Counted from the stretch's first letter, positions 11,121-24,296 are shown. The stretch is 64,000 nt of DNA from Scenedesmus sp. PABB004 (GCA_014905635.1 JABVCE010000020.1:1-64000); one strand, 5' to 3'. Translations and numbers: made by a program. The notes: generated by a model not told the origin, from the letters alone.

Positions 11121-12575
11121 ATGGAGGCGCTCAGGACCCGCGCCTGGGAGCCGGCGGCACGCCGCGAGCCGGCCCCTGGGCGCGGAGGCAGCCAGCCGGG
11201 GCGGGCCTGGCCGGGCCGGGGCCTGCCCCCGCCGCTCAGCCGGCCCGCTGGCCCGTCCGAGCGGGCACAGAGCCTCCCTGAGCGGCGGACGGCGCAGCGG
11301 CACGCCCGCCGGCGCTGCGTCGCAGTCGCGGCGGCCGGCGGCAGCGACGGCGCCGTCCGCAGCGCCGCCGCTGCCCAGTACGCCAAGGCCGCGCGGCGCG
11401 TGACCGCCAAGCACCAGCAGCAGGCCAAGTCGGCAACGCCACCGCCGCCGCAGCAGCAGGGGCAGTCGCCGCCCGCGCGGGAGCAGCGGGCGCCGGCGTG
11501 GGCGGCGCAGGAGCAGCAGCCCAGCGGCGCCCCGCGCGGCCCGCTTGGCGAGGCGTGGCAGCCTGACAGCTGCGAGCTGCAACACCCAGGCGGCGGCCAG
11601 GCGGGGGAGCAGCCGTCGCAGTGGGAGCAGCTGGAGGAGCCCGTGCCGTCGCAGCCCGCGCGGCGGCGCGTGAGCCGGCAGCAGCACGGCTTTGCGCAGC
11701 TGCTCGGGCTGTGCGACATGTACGCGCGCTCCAGCAGCATGGTGGACTGGAACAAAGGTGCGCTCACGGGCGCGCCACCGCTCCGTACGCCACGGCGGCG
11801 GCGCAGCGCGGCGCAGCACGGCGCGGCGCCGACGGCCTAGCGCAGCAGCGCACCACGCGCGCCGGCCGGCGGCCTCTGCGGCGCTGACGCGCGCGCTCCG
11901 CTCCGCCCTGCACGCATGCGGCGGCAGGCGTGGCGGGGCTGCAGCAGCTGGTGCGGCTGGTGTCGAGCCCAATGCAGGCGCAGGCAGCGTGGCAGATGGC
12001 CGTGGCGCTGCAGGCGCGCCCGCTCACCAAGCTGCACGCGCGCTCGCTGGGCGGCGCAGTGGTGTCGCTGATTGAGGTGTGCGCGTGGCGCAGCCGCAGC
12101 GGGCGGGCAGTGCTGCCAGGCGGCAGCGCGTGCTGCTGGCGGCAGCCGGGGGCGCTGCGCTCCTTGCCCTCCCCTCACCCTCCTCCCCCCTTCTTCATCC
12201 TCCCCCCCCCCCCCCCCCCCGCTCCCGCAGGTCAGCCTGGCCAACCACGACCACAGCATGCTGGGCACGCTGCTGGCGGGCCGGCTGCTGCGCTTCACCT
12301 TCAGCGCGCGCCACGTGGACCGCCTGCTCACCGCCGCCGCGCGCGCCGACGTGGGCCTGGATGAGCTGCAGCGCCTGCTGGAGCTGCTGCCCGCGTCACG
12401 GCTGACCAACCGGTCGTTCTTCGTGCTCATCCGCGCCTTCCTGGCGCGCGGGCAGCTCACAGAGGCAGCGCACTGCTTCCACCAGCTCGACGCGGCGGGC
12501 CTCGCCTGCACGCCCGCGCTCACCGCGCTGCGGGAGCGCCTGCGCGATGCGCGCCGCCCCACGCCGGCAGCGTGA
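11121..12575 (+). CDS. Hypothetical alpha-helical protein with a C-terminal PPR-like motif (3 exons)
   Basis: Exons join in frame via GT-AG introns. C-terminal RLTNRSFFVLIRAFLARGQLTEAAHCFHQLDAAGLAC fits the 35-aa PPR pattern; N-terminus is low complexity. Confidence 0.55.
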
Positions 12576-12622
12576 GACTGCGGGGGGGGGGGGGGCTGGG
12601 CAACAGGCGCATGAGGCGCGAG

Positions 12623-12927
12623 CCTGCTGTACAAGTGCACCGCGGTCGGCTCGACGCCCTGCGGCACCGACGTTTGTTTGCCAGGTGAGCAGTGCACCAG
12701 CAACGTTTGCTGCAGCGCCGACCGCGTGGTTTGTGGGACGCAGTGCTGCCCGACGGGACAGACGTGCATCCTGGGCCAGTGCGCGGCCGCGGGATTGACG
12801 GCCTGCGGCACCAGCGTGTGCTCCCCGACCCAGCAGTGCGTCAGCGGCGTTTGCTGTGGCGCGGGAGAGAGAGCCTGCGGCTCCGTGTGCTGCAGCACCG
12901 CCAACACCTGCGTCCAGGCGCGCGCGG
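12623..12927 (+). pseudogene. Orphan 305-bp copy of a Cys-rich exon segment of gene A (14841-15145)
   Basis: Ungapped by-eye alignment with about 10 substitutions; frame open; no in-frame ATG or signal peptide. Confidence 0.85.
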
Positions 12928-13241
12928 GGCGGCGGCGCGTCACGTCCGTCGGGGCGGCGGGCGGCGGCGGCGGGCGGCGGAGCCCGGCGTGCGAGCATCG
13001 GCATGCCGCGCCCGCTAGGCCCAGACGCCGTGAACGCAGCAGCAGATCCCTCCGCGCCTGGGCGCGCCAGCAAATCGCGCTCACTCCCCGTGCCGCAGCA
13101 GTCGCCGCAGAGCGCGCGAGCCACCGCGTAGATGTCGTAGCGTGTCGCAGCGTGCACGTTGATCCAGACGCGGCGCGGCAGGGCGCGCGCGAGCCGGAGC
13201 GCGCGGGAGAAGGCCCGCGGCTCCCGGCCTCGGCCGACGCC

Positions 13242-15890
13242 ATGCGCGAGCCGCCAAGAGCTGGCATGCGCGGTCCAGGTGCGCTGGGAAGATGCCGGCC
13301 GAGACTTTGCACCGGGCGGGCGCCGGCGCGGCAGCGGGCGGCGGCTGGCGGCAGCTGCAGCCAGCGGCGCCGCGCCGGCGCTCGCCGCGCGCTCCAGCCA
13401 GCTCGCCGGCGGCCAAGGCCGGCAGTCTCATGATCACCGTCACCGCCGCCCCGCAGGCGCGCTGCTGGTGCTGGTGCTGGTGCTGCTGGCCGGGCCGCTG
13501 CGTGCGGCGTCGCAGGGCGCGGCCGGCCTGGCGGTGGCGATCACCCAGCTGGCCGCCAGCGCGGAGACCACGTACAGCTGGGCCGTGACCAACACGCCCA
13601 GCCGCGTCAGCGTCAGCGTGCCCGTCGGCTCCAACCGGGGCTGGGCGCAGGTCGGGTGAGTGCGCGGGCTGCCCGCAGCGCGCCGGTGGGCGGCCGCCGC
13701 GGCAGGCGGCGGCGCAGGCGCCGCCCTGACCGCCGCCTCTCCCTGGGCCCAGGTACACGGTCACGTACACGCGCACGCGCAACCAGCAGGCGACCTACTC
13801 GCTGCGCGGCGCCGTCACGCTCAGCGCGACGGGCGAGGCGGGGGTGGTGGCCGAGACGCCCGTGCTCACGGTCACGACGTCGGCGGGGCGCGTGCTGCAG
13901 CTGCCCGCGAGCAGCGTGACCTGCGCGAGCGGCCTCGCCGTGCCCGCGGGCGGCAGCGTGTCGTGCAGCTTCGTCGGGCGCTACACGGGCGCGCTGCCGC
14001 TGCCGGGCACGCTCTCCGCGACCGCCGCGGTGTCGGGCTCGCCGGCGACCGCGGCGTCGGCGCCGGTCGCGTACGACTTTAGCAGCGCGGAGCTGGTGGA
14101 GGCGCACGGCGTGGCGAGCATCAGCAACTACTTTGAGCAGGGGTCAGGGCTGCTGCAGCCGTACGGCGTGAGCGGGCTGCAGCCGCCGCCGGGCATGACC
14201 ATCAGCGAGAGCCAGGTCTTCAACTACACCGCGCTCCTGGGCGAGGTCCCGACGACCAAGTGCGGCCAGGCGTGGCGCATGATGAGCACCGCCGAGGCCA
14301 AGCCCGCGGCGCAGGGCCTCGAAGTGCCCGCGCCCGACGACCAGCGCGCGACCGGCAAGGCCGCGGTCGCGAGCGTCGACGTCACCCTCGTCGGCTGCGG
14401 CGACGCCGTCGGCAACCCCGCGTTTGCCGGCACCGACACTACGCCGCCCGCCGGCGGCGGGGCGACGCCCGCCGCGGCGCCGCCGCCGGCGGCCACGCTG
14501 CCGCCAGCGGCGGCGCCGCCAGCCGCGGCGTCGCCGCGAGGGCCGATCGTCACAGCGCCAGGTGCGCGCGGCGCGGAGTGGCCCCAGCAGCCAGCTCGGC
14601 AAGGAGCAGGGTTGAAGCCAAAACCGCACTCCGGCGCCGTCTGCGGCAGCCCCCACCCACCAACACGCGCCCACACGGCCCGCCGCCCCGCGCCGCAGGC
14701 CTGACCGTGGCGGAGGCGGGGAGCACGCTGTGCGGTGGCGGCGCGTGCGCGCCGGGCTCGCGCTGCTTCGACGGCTGGAACTGCTGCGCCAACGGCATTG
14801 AAATCTGCGGCGGCGTCTGCTGCGACGGCGGGCGCACGTGCCTGCTGAACAAGTGCACCGCGGTCGGCTCGACGCCGTGCGGCTCGGACGTCTGTTTGCC
14901 TGGTGAGCAGTGCACCAGCAACGTTTGCTGCAGCGCCGACCGCGTGGTTTGTGGGACGCAGTGCTGCCCGACGGGACAGACGTGCATCCTGGGCCAGTGC
15001 GCGGCCGCGGGATCGACGGCCTGCGGCACCAGCGTGTGCTCCCCGACCCAGCAGTGCGTCAGCGGCGTTTGCTGTGGCGCGGGAGAGAGCGCCTGCGGCT
15101 CCGTGTGCTGCAGCACCGCCAACACCTGCATCCAGGCGCGCGCGGTCGCCGCAGCGTGGCGCGGCTGCAGCGCGGCGCGGCTGCAGCGCGGCGCGCGCGC
15201 GGCCGCTGCCACGGCGCTGGCCGCTGCCACGGCGCTGGCCGCGCCGCGCGCCGACTGCGCCGCGCGCCGCCACCGCAGGGCCAGTGCCTGCCCGCCGGCT
15301 CCACGCTCTGCGCCGGCACGATCTGCGGCCCGACGCAGACCTGCGCCGGCGGGGCGTTGTGCTGCGACGCCGGCGCGTCATTCTGCGGCGGTGCGTGCTG
15401 CCCCGCAGTCAACCAGTGCGTGCAGAACCGGTGCCTGCCCGCGGGGAGCAGCGTCTGCGGGTCCCAAATCTGCTCCAGCGGGCAAACGTGCCAGGGCAAC
15501 GTGGTGTGTTGCAACGTGGGCGAGACGCTCTGCAACACCGGCTGCTGCGCGTCGGGCAACACGTGCATCAACAACCAGTGCGTCATCGCCGGGAGCTCGG
15601 CCTGCGGCGCGACGGCGATATGCACGATTGGCCAGTTCTGCGGCAACACGCTCACGGGGCTGTGCTGCCAGACGAACAGCCAGGTGGCGTGCTCCAACAG
15701 CTGCTGCCCCAACACCCAGTTCTGCAACACCCTCACGCTTCAGTGCACCGACCGGAGCGCGACGCAGTGCGACGGCGGCGGCTCGTGGTGCCCCGGCGCC
15801 AACTCGTGCTGCCCCGTCGGGACGCGCTGCAGTTTTGGCTCCTGCGTGCCCTTTGGCAACCCGGTGGGCGGGCTCGCGCGAGGGCTGTGA
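13242..15890 (+). CDS. Secreted Cys-rich protein A: signal peptide, beta-rich domain, Pro/Ala linker, Cys repeats
   Basis: MREPPRAGMRGPG|ALLVLVLVLLAGPLRA after splicing 13279-13456; Thr/Ser/Val-rich domain (TYSWAVT...YTVTYTR...VTCASGLAVPAGGSVSCSF); PAAAPPP linker; many CGxxxC-x5-C-x4-CC repeats. Stop at 15890. Confidence 0.8.
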
Positions 15891-16454
15891 GCGCGCGCGC
15901 GCGCGAGCTCGAGCTCGAGCTCACGAACGAGCGAGCGCGCGGCCTCGTGGACGGCTGCGGCCGCACCGGCCGGTTTCCTTGGAGCTTGGCTGAACCAGCT
16001 GGGAGGCGTGGGGCGGCACTGCAACTCAACGCACTCGACGCGCGCGCGGGGCGCTGCGCCGAGACCGCGCGCCGCCGCCGCCGGCCGCGGCTGTGGCCAC
16101 GCCGGCGCCGCCGGCCGGCAGCTGGTCAGCCCCACCGTGATCCCACCACGCCCTGGCGCAGCCCAGCCTGCTCGACCGCGCCAGCCTGGTGGTGCGCTCC
16201 GGCCTTTCAGGCCGCCAGCCGCTGCGCTGCAGCGCGCGGCGTGGCACGCTGCGCGCTGCGTTGCGGGGGTGGAGGGTCGGCGACTGGCGGCGCGGCGACG
16301 GACGTCGATCACCAGGTCGCGCGCGCCAGGCCCTGGGGTGTTACGCCGGTGGCACCGCCGGCCCTGGGGCGCGCCGTGCGCCTGCGGGCAGTGAGAGGAG
16401 ACCCGATGGACGCGTGAGCGAGGCCCGGCGTCGGCCCCCCACGCTCCCAGCGGC

Positions 16455-17726
16455 ATGCGGCAGCAGGGCTCGCTCCCAGCGAGCCGAGGCCGCGCCGATT
16501 TGCCCGCCGCGGCCCTCCTGCCCTGCCCCGTGGCGCTCGGCGCCGGGCCCAGGCCGCGCCACGGCCGGGCGGGCCGGGGCGAGCTGCAGCGGCGCGAGGC
16601 GCTAGTGCTGAGCGTGAACCAGCCGTATGGGCCCGACCCCGCGCAGCCCCCGCAGCCGCCGGCGCAGCTGGCTGGCGAGGGCGGCAAGGGCGGCGACAAG
16701 GAGCGCCCCCTGGTGCGCGTGCAGCTGTCCGTGCACTACCGCGTCCACTCGCGGCAGATGCTGTGCGTCGGGGGCTCGCAAATACCCTTCGGCTGGTCCT
16801 TCCTCTCGATTGCCAAGGTGCCCATGACCTGGAACCAGGGAGACATCTGGACCTGCGAGGTGCGGCCCGGCGGGGGCCGCGCCGGGCCGCTCGCGGCGGC
16901 GCTGCCGCGCAGCAGCGGCGGCCGCCGCCGCCGACACCGCCGCGCCGCCGGCCGCGCCCGCAGCTGCTGCTGCCCGCGGGGCAGCGGATGGAGTACAAGT
17001 ACGTCATCCTGGAGGAGCAGGTGCGGCAGCGGCGGCCGCGCCAGCGGCCGCGCGGCGGGCGGCGCCGCCGGTGGCGCCGGCGGGCCCGGCCGCGCGCAGC
17101 GCCGGCGGTGCGCGCAGCGCGGGCGCCCCACGCGCGCGCCCGTGCGCCGCGGCGCTGCGCTGCAGGACTGGACCAAGCTGGAGAACGAGGACAGCGAGGG
17201 CCTGGTGGAGGTGAGCTACCGCAGCGGCAGCGAGCCGGGGCGGCCGCCAGACATCCAGGTCATACAGAAGCAGATGGCCATCGTGGCCTGGCAGCCCGGG
17301 CCCAACAGGGTGGTGCAGGTGCCATCAGAGGTGCGCCCCCGCGGCGCGCGCGGCGCGCGGCGGCGGCGGCGGCGGCAAATCGCGCGCGGGCGGCGGCAAC
17401 GCGAGTGCGGGCGACAGCCGGCCGGCCCCGCGTGGCACGCCACCGACCCGCCGCCTGCTTGGCCGCGCGTCACCGCCGCGCAGGCGGAGCTGGCCAAGCT
17501 GACGGCGGGCGAGGTCGTGGAGCGCGTGCCGGCGCGGCCGACCAGCCGCGGCAGCTACGACGCGGAGCTGCGCCCGAAGCGCCCCGACCCGTACGAGGGG
17601 ACGTGGGAGATTCTGTGCCTCGGCGACGGCGGCGCGCCCTTCCTGGACCGGCACGACGTGTGGGGCTGGAGCCCGGGCAGCGGCGGGCGGCCGCCGGGCA
17701 TGCGCGGCTTCAGGTTTGACAGCTAG
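16455..17726 (+). CDS. CBM20 starch-binding-domain protein with no visible catalytic domain
   Basis: VRVQLSVHYRVHSRQMLCVGGSQIPFGWS...PMTWNQGDIWTCEL LLPAGQRMEYKYVI...VAWQPGPNRVVQVP follows the CBM20 pattern. Start codon uncertain. Confidence 0.75.
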   Translation: MRQQGSLPASRGRADLPAAALLPCPVALGAGPRPRHGRAGRGELQRREALVLSVNQPYGPDPAQPPQPPAQLAGEGGKGGDKERPLVRVQLSVHYRVHSRQMLCVGGSQIPFGWSFLSIAKVPMTWNQGDIWTCEVRPGGGRAGPLAAALPRSSGGRRRRHRRAAGRARSCCCPRGSGWSTSTSSWRSRCGSGGRASGRAAGGAAGGAGGPGRAQRRRCAQRGRPTRAPVRRGAALQDWTKLENEDSEGLVEVSYRSGSEPGRPPDIQVIQKQMAIVAWQPGPNRVVQVPSEVRPRGARGARRRRRRQIARGRRQRECGRQPAGPAWHATDPPPAWPRVTAAQAELAKLTAGEVVERVPARPTSRGSYDAELRPKRPDPYEGTWEILCLGDGGAPFLDRHDVWGWSPGSGGRPPGMRGFRFDS

Positions 17727-18723
17727 CGCCGCCCGCCTGCGCGGCGGGCGGGCCGCGGCCGGGGCGCCGCAGGCGCGACCGCCCCGGCGCGGCTCGGCCC
17801 GGGCGCAGCGCGCACGGCGCGCACGGCGCGGCGCGTGGCGCGGCGCGTGCAGCCCGCACGCGCCCGCGCTTGCGCCCGCGGCAGGCGCGCGGCGCGGGGG
17901 ATTCGAGCAGCGAGTTGCAGCCGCCGGCTGGGCGCTGCGGGCCAGCTGCCCGCCGCTGCAACGGCTGCTCCGGCACATTTGCTTTGGCGCGGCGCGGCGG
18001 CGCGGCGGCGGCGCGACTTGAATGAATTCATTCGTGCGCGGGCCGGGGCCGGGGCGGGGGCGCGCCGCCGCGGGGCGCGTCAGCGCGCGCTCGTGCGCGG
18101 GCAGCGCCGCCGCGCTGAGGGCGCGGGCGGCGGGCGCCGCCGCCGAGCCCCGGCGGCCGCCGCCTGCTTTGGTCTGGCCGCGCGGACGGCGAGGGTAGTT
18201 ATAGCGGGCGGGGGCTGGCGGCAGCACGGCACGGGCAGCAGCGCTGGTGGGTGCTTGGCACGCGCGGCGCGCCTCGCGCTGCTGCCCGCTGCCAGCGCAG
18301 CGCGGCGGCACGGTGCGTGTCAGTCTGTGCGCACGCGCACGCGCCCCTGCAGCCGGCAGGGGCCGCTGGCGCTGCTGCCGCGGCTGGGTTGGCGCTGCCA
18401 GGCGGGGGAGGGAGGGCATGAGCGAGTGAGAGCGAGTGCGAAGCTGCGCGCTGGCGGGCCCCGCCGCCGCGCGCGGGGTTTTGCATTGCATCGAATCCCG
18501 GAGCGACCAGCAGCGTTTTTGGGCGCCCGCAGGAGAGTGCCCGTCGCCGCGGGGGCGCCGATGTGAGGCGCGCGCATGGAAACCAACCGACCGCGGAGCG
18601 GGCGCGAGCGAGCGAGACGAGGCCGCGGGTTTGCACGGCAGAGCACAGCACAGCGCGCGCCGCCCAGGCTGCCGCCGCCCGCCCTCGATCACGCGCGGCG
18701 CGCGCCCGCCGCCGCGACCGCGC

Positions 18724-21700
18724 TCAGCTGAGCCAGGCGGGCAGCTTGATGCCCAGCATCGCCGCGACCGCGCTCGCCGCCACGCGCTGCTCGCGCGCGG
18801 CGTGCAGCACCGACGGCGCGTCCAGCTCCGCCGGCGCCGCCGCGGCGGGCAGCCCCAGCCCCGCGGGCGTGGCACCCCCAAACGCGGGCACCGTCTTGTG
18901 CGCGGTCGCGGGCGTCGCGGCTGGCGGCGCCCTGAAGGTGAGCTCGCCCGCGCCCACCGCCGTCGCGGAGCCGGGCGTGCCGGGCGGCGCGAGCAGGTGG
19001 AGCTCGTGGCCGCCGGGCAGGGTCCGCCCCGGCGCCGCGCGGTGGCGGCCCGCCGGCACGCCGTTCGCGGGCGCAGGCGCGGGCGTGGGCCCCGCCGGCA
19101 GTGGCGCCGTGGCGCCGCCGTGTCGCTGCGAGCGCTCCTGCTGCTGGGCGTAGAGGTCGGCAAGCCACGTCAGCACGTCCTCCGACACCACCAGGCTGCC
19201 AGCCGACACCAGCTCCTGACCCAGCAGGCCCAGCAGCTCCCCGAGCGACCGCGCCGCGAGCTGCAGCAGCACCGCCGCGCGCTGGCCGCCGCCCTCGGCG
19301 GCCCCCGACGCCGGCGGCAGCAGCGCCAGCTGCTGCTGAACCAGCGCGAGCACCGCGCCGGCGTGCGCCGCGGCCGGCCCCGCGGTGATGCCCCGCAGGT
19401 AGGTGACCAGCGCGTCCAGTGCACACGCGCGGCCCGCGCCGTCGCTGCGCGCCACGTGCGCGCCGCCCCAGCCCTGCTGCGCTGCCGGCGCCGCCGGCGG
19501 CAGCGCCAGCGCGTCCAGGCGCGGCAGCAGCGCCGCGAGCGCCTCGCGCGGCGGCCGCCCGCCCGTGGCGGGCGCGGGCGGGTAGCCCCACCGCGCGGCG
19601 TCGCTGGCGAGCTGCTCGCGCAGCAGGTCGCCCATCCAGGCCAGCGCGCGGTTGTGCGCCGCCACCGCCACCTCCAGAAGCTGCGCGGGCGCCGTCGCCC
19701 CCGCCTCGCCCAGGCAGAGCGCCAGCAGGCACTGCAGCAGGCCGGGCGCGGGCACCTGCCGCATCGCCGGCAGCTGCGGCGCGCCGGCCGCCGCGGCCGA
19801 CAACGCCTCTGCCAGCGCGGCTCCAGGGCTGGCTCCCGGGCCCATGCACACCACACGGCCGCCGCTCAGCTTGGCGGCCAGCACGGGCGGCAGCGCCCCC
19901 AGCAGCGGCCCCAGCTGTGCCTCCAGCTCAGCCTGGCTGGCGGGGCCTGCGCGCGCGGCGGGGGCAGCGCGGGGGGCGCCGCCGACGTCAAGCCCGGTCC
20001 GCGCCGCGGCCCAGCCGCCGCCGCTGAGCAGCCGCGGCCGCGTGCTCGCCGCACCTGAGCCCGCGAGCACGACCAGCGGCACTGCCGGCGCGGCCGCCGC
20101 ATGCTCCAGCACGCCCGCCAGGCGGCGCACGCCCGCCTCCACCTCTGCCGGCTCGGGCCCGCTCAGCAGCAGCAGCACTCCTGCGACGCCAGCCAGGCAG
20201 GCCACGCCGGGGCCGCCGGCGGCCGCGCCCGCCGGCGCGCCGCTGCCGTCGGCTGCGACGTCGAGGGCGCTGGGCGTGACGTCGACCACCTCCACCGCCA
20301 CAGAGCGCCCCCGCAGCTTGCCCGGCAGCGCCACCTGCCGCGACAGCAGCAGGTCTGCGTGCGCGCCGAGCCGCCAGGCGCTCCGCCCCGGCGCGTCTGG
20401 CACCGCGGCCGCGCCCGGCCGGCTGGCCGCCACCTCTGCCCACGAGCGCGCGCGCTGGGGCTGCGGCGCCGCCGCCGGCGCCTCTCCGCCCAGCGGCACC
20501 AGCACGGGCAGCTGCCGCTCCTGCCCGGATCCGCTCAGCTCGCCGCCCTGGCTGCCGCTGCTGCCAAGGCGGGGCGGGAGGTGCGGCGTGATCTTGTGCC
20601 GCACCCAGTTGGCCAGGCGCCGCTGGAACAGGGGCGGCGCGAGGCCTGCCCGCCCCTCGGCCCAGCCGCTGATCAGTGCGAGCCGCAGCACCGCCAGGCA
20701 CGGCGGGCAGGGCGTGGCGCGCGGCGTCGTCTGCAGCCAGCCGCCGGCGCCGCCCGCGGCGCCCGCGCCGGGCGGCAGCAGGTCGCCGTCGCCGCCGCCG
20801 CCGCCGCTGTGGGCGAGGCCTGGAAGGTACAGGGGCGCCGTCGGGCCGAGGCACGCGGGCTGCCCCGAGCCGCCGTCGCCGCCGCCGGCAAGCGCCGCGG
20901 CCAGCAGGTCCACCACGGGCGCGGGCGCGAGGTCGGCGAGCTCCGCCTCGTACGGGTCCGCCCCGCGGCTGCGCTTGGCCTTCGCGGCGCGTCAACATCA
21001 CGGCGGCGGCGGCGGCGGCGGCGGTGGCGCGCTCGGCAGGGCGCGCGGGGCGCAGCGCGGCGCATGCGCCCGCTGGCCGCTGCCTGTGACCGCCCGCACC
21101 TGCTGCCGCGCCCAAGCGTCGTCCTCCAGCTCCAGGGCGGCGACGCCCACAGACATGACGCCCACGCCGCGCGCCAGCGGCCGCTTGCCGCCGCCCGTGC
21201 GCCCAGGCTGCCGTCGGCGGCGGCCAGCGCTGCGTCCTGCCGCCGCGCGCGCCAGGCGCGCGGCCTTGGCCGCCGCCGCTGCAGCCGCCCAGCGGCTGAT
21301 CCAGAGGCGCCGCGCCGCGTCGTCGCACTTGTCACGCAGCTCACGCTCCTGCGGCCGCGGCGGCGGCGCGTCGGCGGTGGGCCGCTGCCGGCCAGGCCTC
21401 CCAGTCCGCACCCCTCCTCCCTGGGCCGCCCGCCCGAGCGCCGCGCGGGCGCCGCCGCCGCACCTGCTTGATCAGCCGCAGCTCCGCCTCACTGCGCCGC
21501 AGCCGCCTGATCTCCGCCTCCTGCTCAGCCAGGGCGGCGTTGACGGCGGCGGCCGCCGCTGTGGCGCGCGCGCGCTCCGCCGCCACTGCGGCAGCCACTG
21601 CGGCCGCTGCCTGCTGCTGCTGCAGCTGCTGCAGCTGCTGTTGCTGCTGCTGTTGCAGCAGCTGCTGCTGCTGCTGCTGCTGTGGGTGCACGGTCGACGG

Positions 21701-21750
21701 TGCCTGCGTGGGTCCTGCGTAGTGCTGCTGCGGCAGCTGCTGGAACACAA

Positions 21751-21806
<56 letters not shown>

Positions 21807-24265
21807 GGCTGCTGCGGCGGCAGCGACTGCTGGGGCGGCTGCGCAGCCGGCGCCATGGGCTGCGCGGCTGCCCCCCAGGCGGGCTTGGCGGCCAGGCCGC
21901 CGAACACTGCGGTCGCGCCCGCGGCGGCCGCTGCCGGCTCCATCACGACCCCAGGCAGCAGGCGGTCCGCAGCGCCCCGCGCGCGCGCGCCGCCAAAGGC
22001 GGGCGGCGCCACGCCGTCGCCGTCGCCTGCGTGCGCCCGGCCCACTGCTGCCGGCGCCGGCTTCATCGCGCCCGCCTCCACCAGCAGCTGCTCCGCGGCC
22101 GGCCGGCCCGGGGCCTGCCGCATCGCCGCCTGGGCGGGCGGCGCCCTGGCCGGCGACGGCGCCGCCGGCCGCGGCACGGGCGCGCGCGGCGCGCGCGGCA
22201 GGCGCGCCGGCGGGCCGCTCGGGCCCGCCAGGCCCAGCGCCGCCAGGTCGGGCGGCGGGCAGGGCTCCGTGACGATGGCAGCGAGGCTGGCGCCGCCGAC
22301 CTTGGCAAGCAGCCAGCTGAGGCAGTGCCGCGGTGGCTCGCGCAGCTCCTGCAGGCTGCGCAGCTCCGCGGCGGCCAGCTCCAGCAGCGTGTCGCCGTCG
22401 GGGGCGGTGCTGACGGTCAGGCCCGAGCAGCCCGCCTCCTGCGGGCGCGCGGCGCGGCGGCGTGGGCGGGCGGCGCGCGGCGCGCGGCGCGCGGCGGGTG
22501 GCGCGGGCAGAGCCGCCCCCGCGCGCTGTCCGAACCCCCGCCCCGCGTGTCGCCCGCGCGCGCCGCCGCACGCCGCACCTTGTGGCGCATTGCAAACGCC
22601 AGCGCCTGCTTCTGCGACTCAAAGCGCAGCGCGTCGGTGAACCAGGCCAGCGAGACCTGCTTGGTCCCCGACCGCGTGAGCGGCGTGGTGCGCATCACCG
22701 TGCACAGCGCCTGGCTGCGCAGGCGCGGCACGTAGACCTGCAGCCGAAGGCGGCGGCGGCGGCGCGGCGCGGTCACGCGGCAGTGTGGCGCGCGGTGCGC
22801 GCCCCGCCGCCGCCGGGCGGGCCCGGCCGCGCGGCCGCGCGCGCGCGCACCTGGCCCGCGGCCGCGAGCAGCAGCGGCGCGCCCTCGAGCAGGCGCAGCA
22901 GGCGCGCCCAGTTGGTCGCGGCGAGGCAGTCGCTGACCGCGAGCGCAAACTGCACGTGCGGCGAGGCCTGGCGGGCGGCGGCGGGGGCGGCGGCGGCGGG
23001 CGCGTCGGCACGCGCGTCGGCACGCGCGCCGGCCTGCCTCCCTGCCTCCGCGCGCGCTGCACTCCCCTTGTCATCCCCCCCCCCCCCTCTCATCACCCCC
23101 TCTCTCTCTCTCTCTCACCAGCACGTCCGGGGCATCTGGTTCAGCAGGCGCACCACGTTGGCGGTGCTCGCCCTGAAGCTGCCAAACGTGCCGCGGCTGA
23201 GGATGAGGTAATACGCCAGGCCCTCGCCCGCGCACGGCACGGCCACCTGCGCAGAGACGCGGCGCGCGCTTGGGCGGGCGAGTGGGTGTGCTGCGTATGC
23301 ATGGAGGGGGGTGCCGTGCCCGGCGCGCGCCCGTCGGTGGCGCGGCGTGCGCGCGGCCGCACCCCCGCGCGCGCGGCCTCGCGGTAGAGGGCCGAGAGGT
23401 CGAGCAGTGTCTTGGTGAGCTCCTGGTGGTTGAGGTGGCCGTCGTACGGGTCGGGCTGGAAGCCCCCGCCCGCCGCGTTGGACACGGCCGCCGCCTCCGC
23501 GTCGCGCTCGTACTGCTCCGGGTCAAACGTGATGCGCGGCGCGGCGCGGACCCGCGCGCTCGCCGCGGCCGCGCCCTTGGCCGTCTTGGCGGCGGTGTTG
23601 ACCTGCCGCCAGGCGCCCGGGCGGGCGGCCGGGCGGGTGGGCGAGCGGGCAGGCGGGCGGCGCACGGCTGCATGCGCCACACGGCACCGCGTGCCCTCCA
23701 TGCAACCGCCCACGCGTGCCCCCCCCCCCTCCCTCCCTCCCTCCCTCCCTCCCCGCGCGCCGCGGCACCTTGTCCTTGTCCGCCAGCAGCGCGTCCGCGA
23801 GCACCATGAACCGCGCCATCTCCTCGTTCGCCGCGATCACCCACGCCAGCTGCGCGGGGCCCTGCGCGGCGGCCGGCCGGGGCGCCGCCACGGGTTAGGC
23901 CGCGCGGCGCGAGTCGGCCGGGGCGCGCCGCGCCCCTGGCGTGCCCCCCCCCCCCCCCACACACACACACACACGCCGCGGCGCCCCGGGTGGCCACGCC
24001 GCGCTGCGCGTCGCCGTGCGCCGCGCGTCGCCGTGCCGCGCGCCGCGCCTTGAGCGGGAGCTCTGTCTGCGTGATGTCCTTGCGTATGCTGCGGTAGCGG
24101 TCCCACAGGAAGCGGTGCGCCTCCAGCAGCGGCACGTCGCCGGGGGCGCCGCCCACGCGCGCCATGAGGCCGCGCAGGTGCGCCAGCGTCTTGCGCAGCG
24201 CGGGCCACGTGCGCAGGAGCTCCGGGTCGGGCAGCCCGCCGGCCTCTGCACGCCGCGCGCGGGCA

Positions 24266-24296
<31 letters not shown>

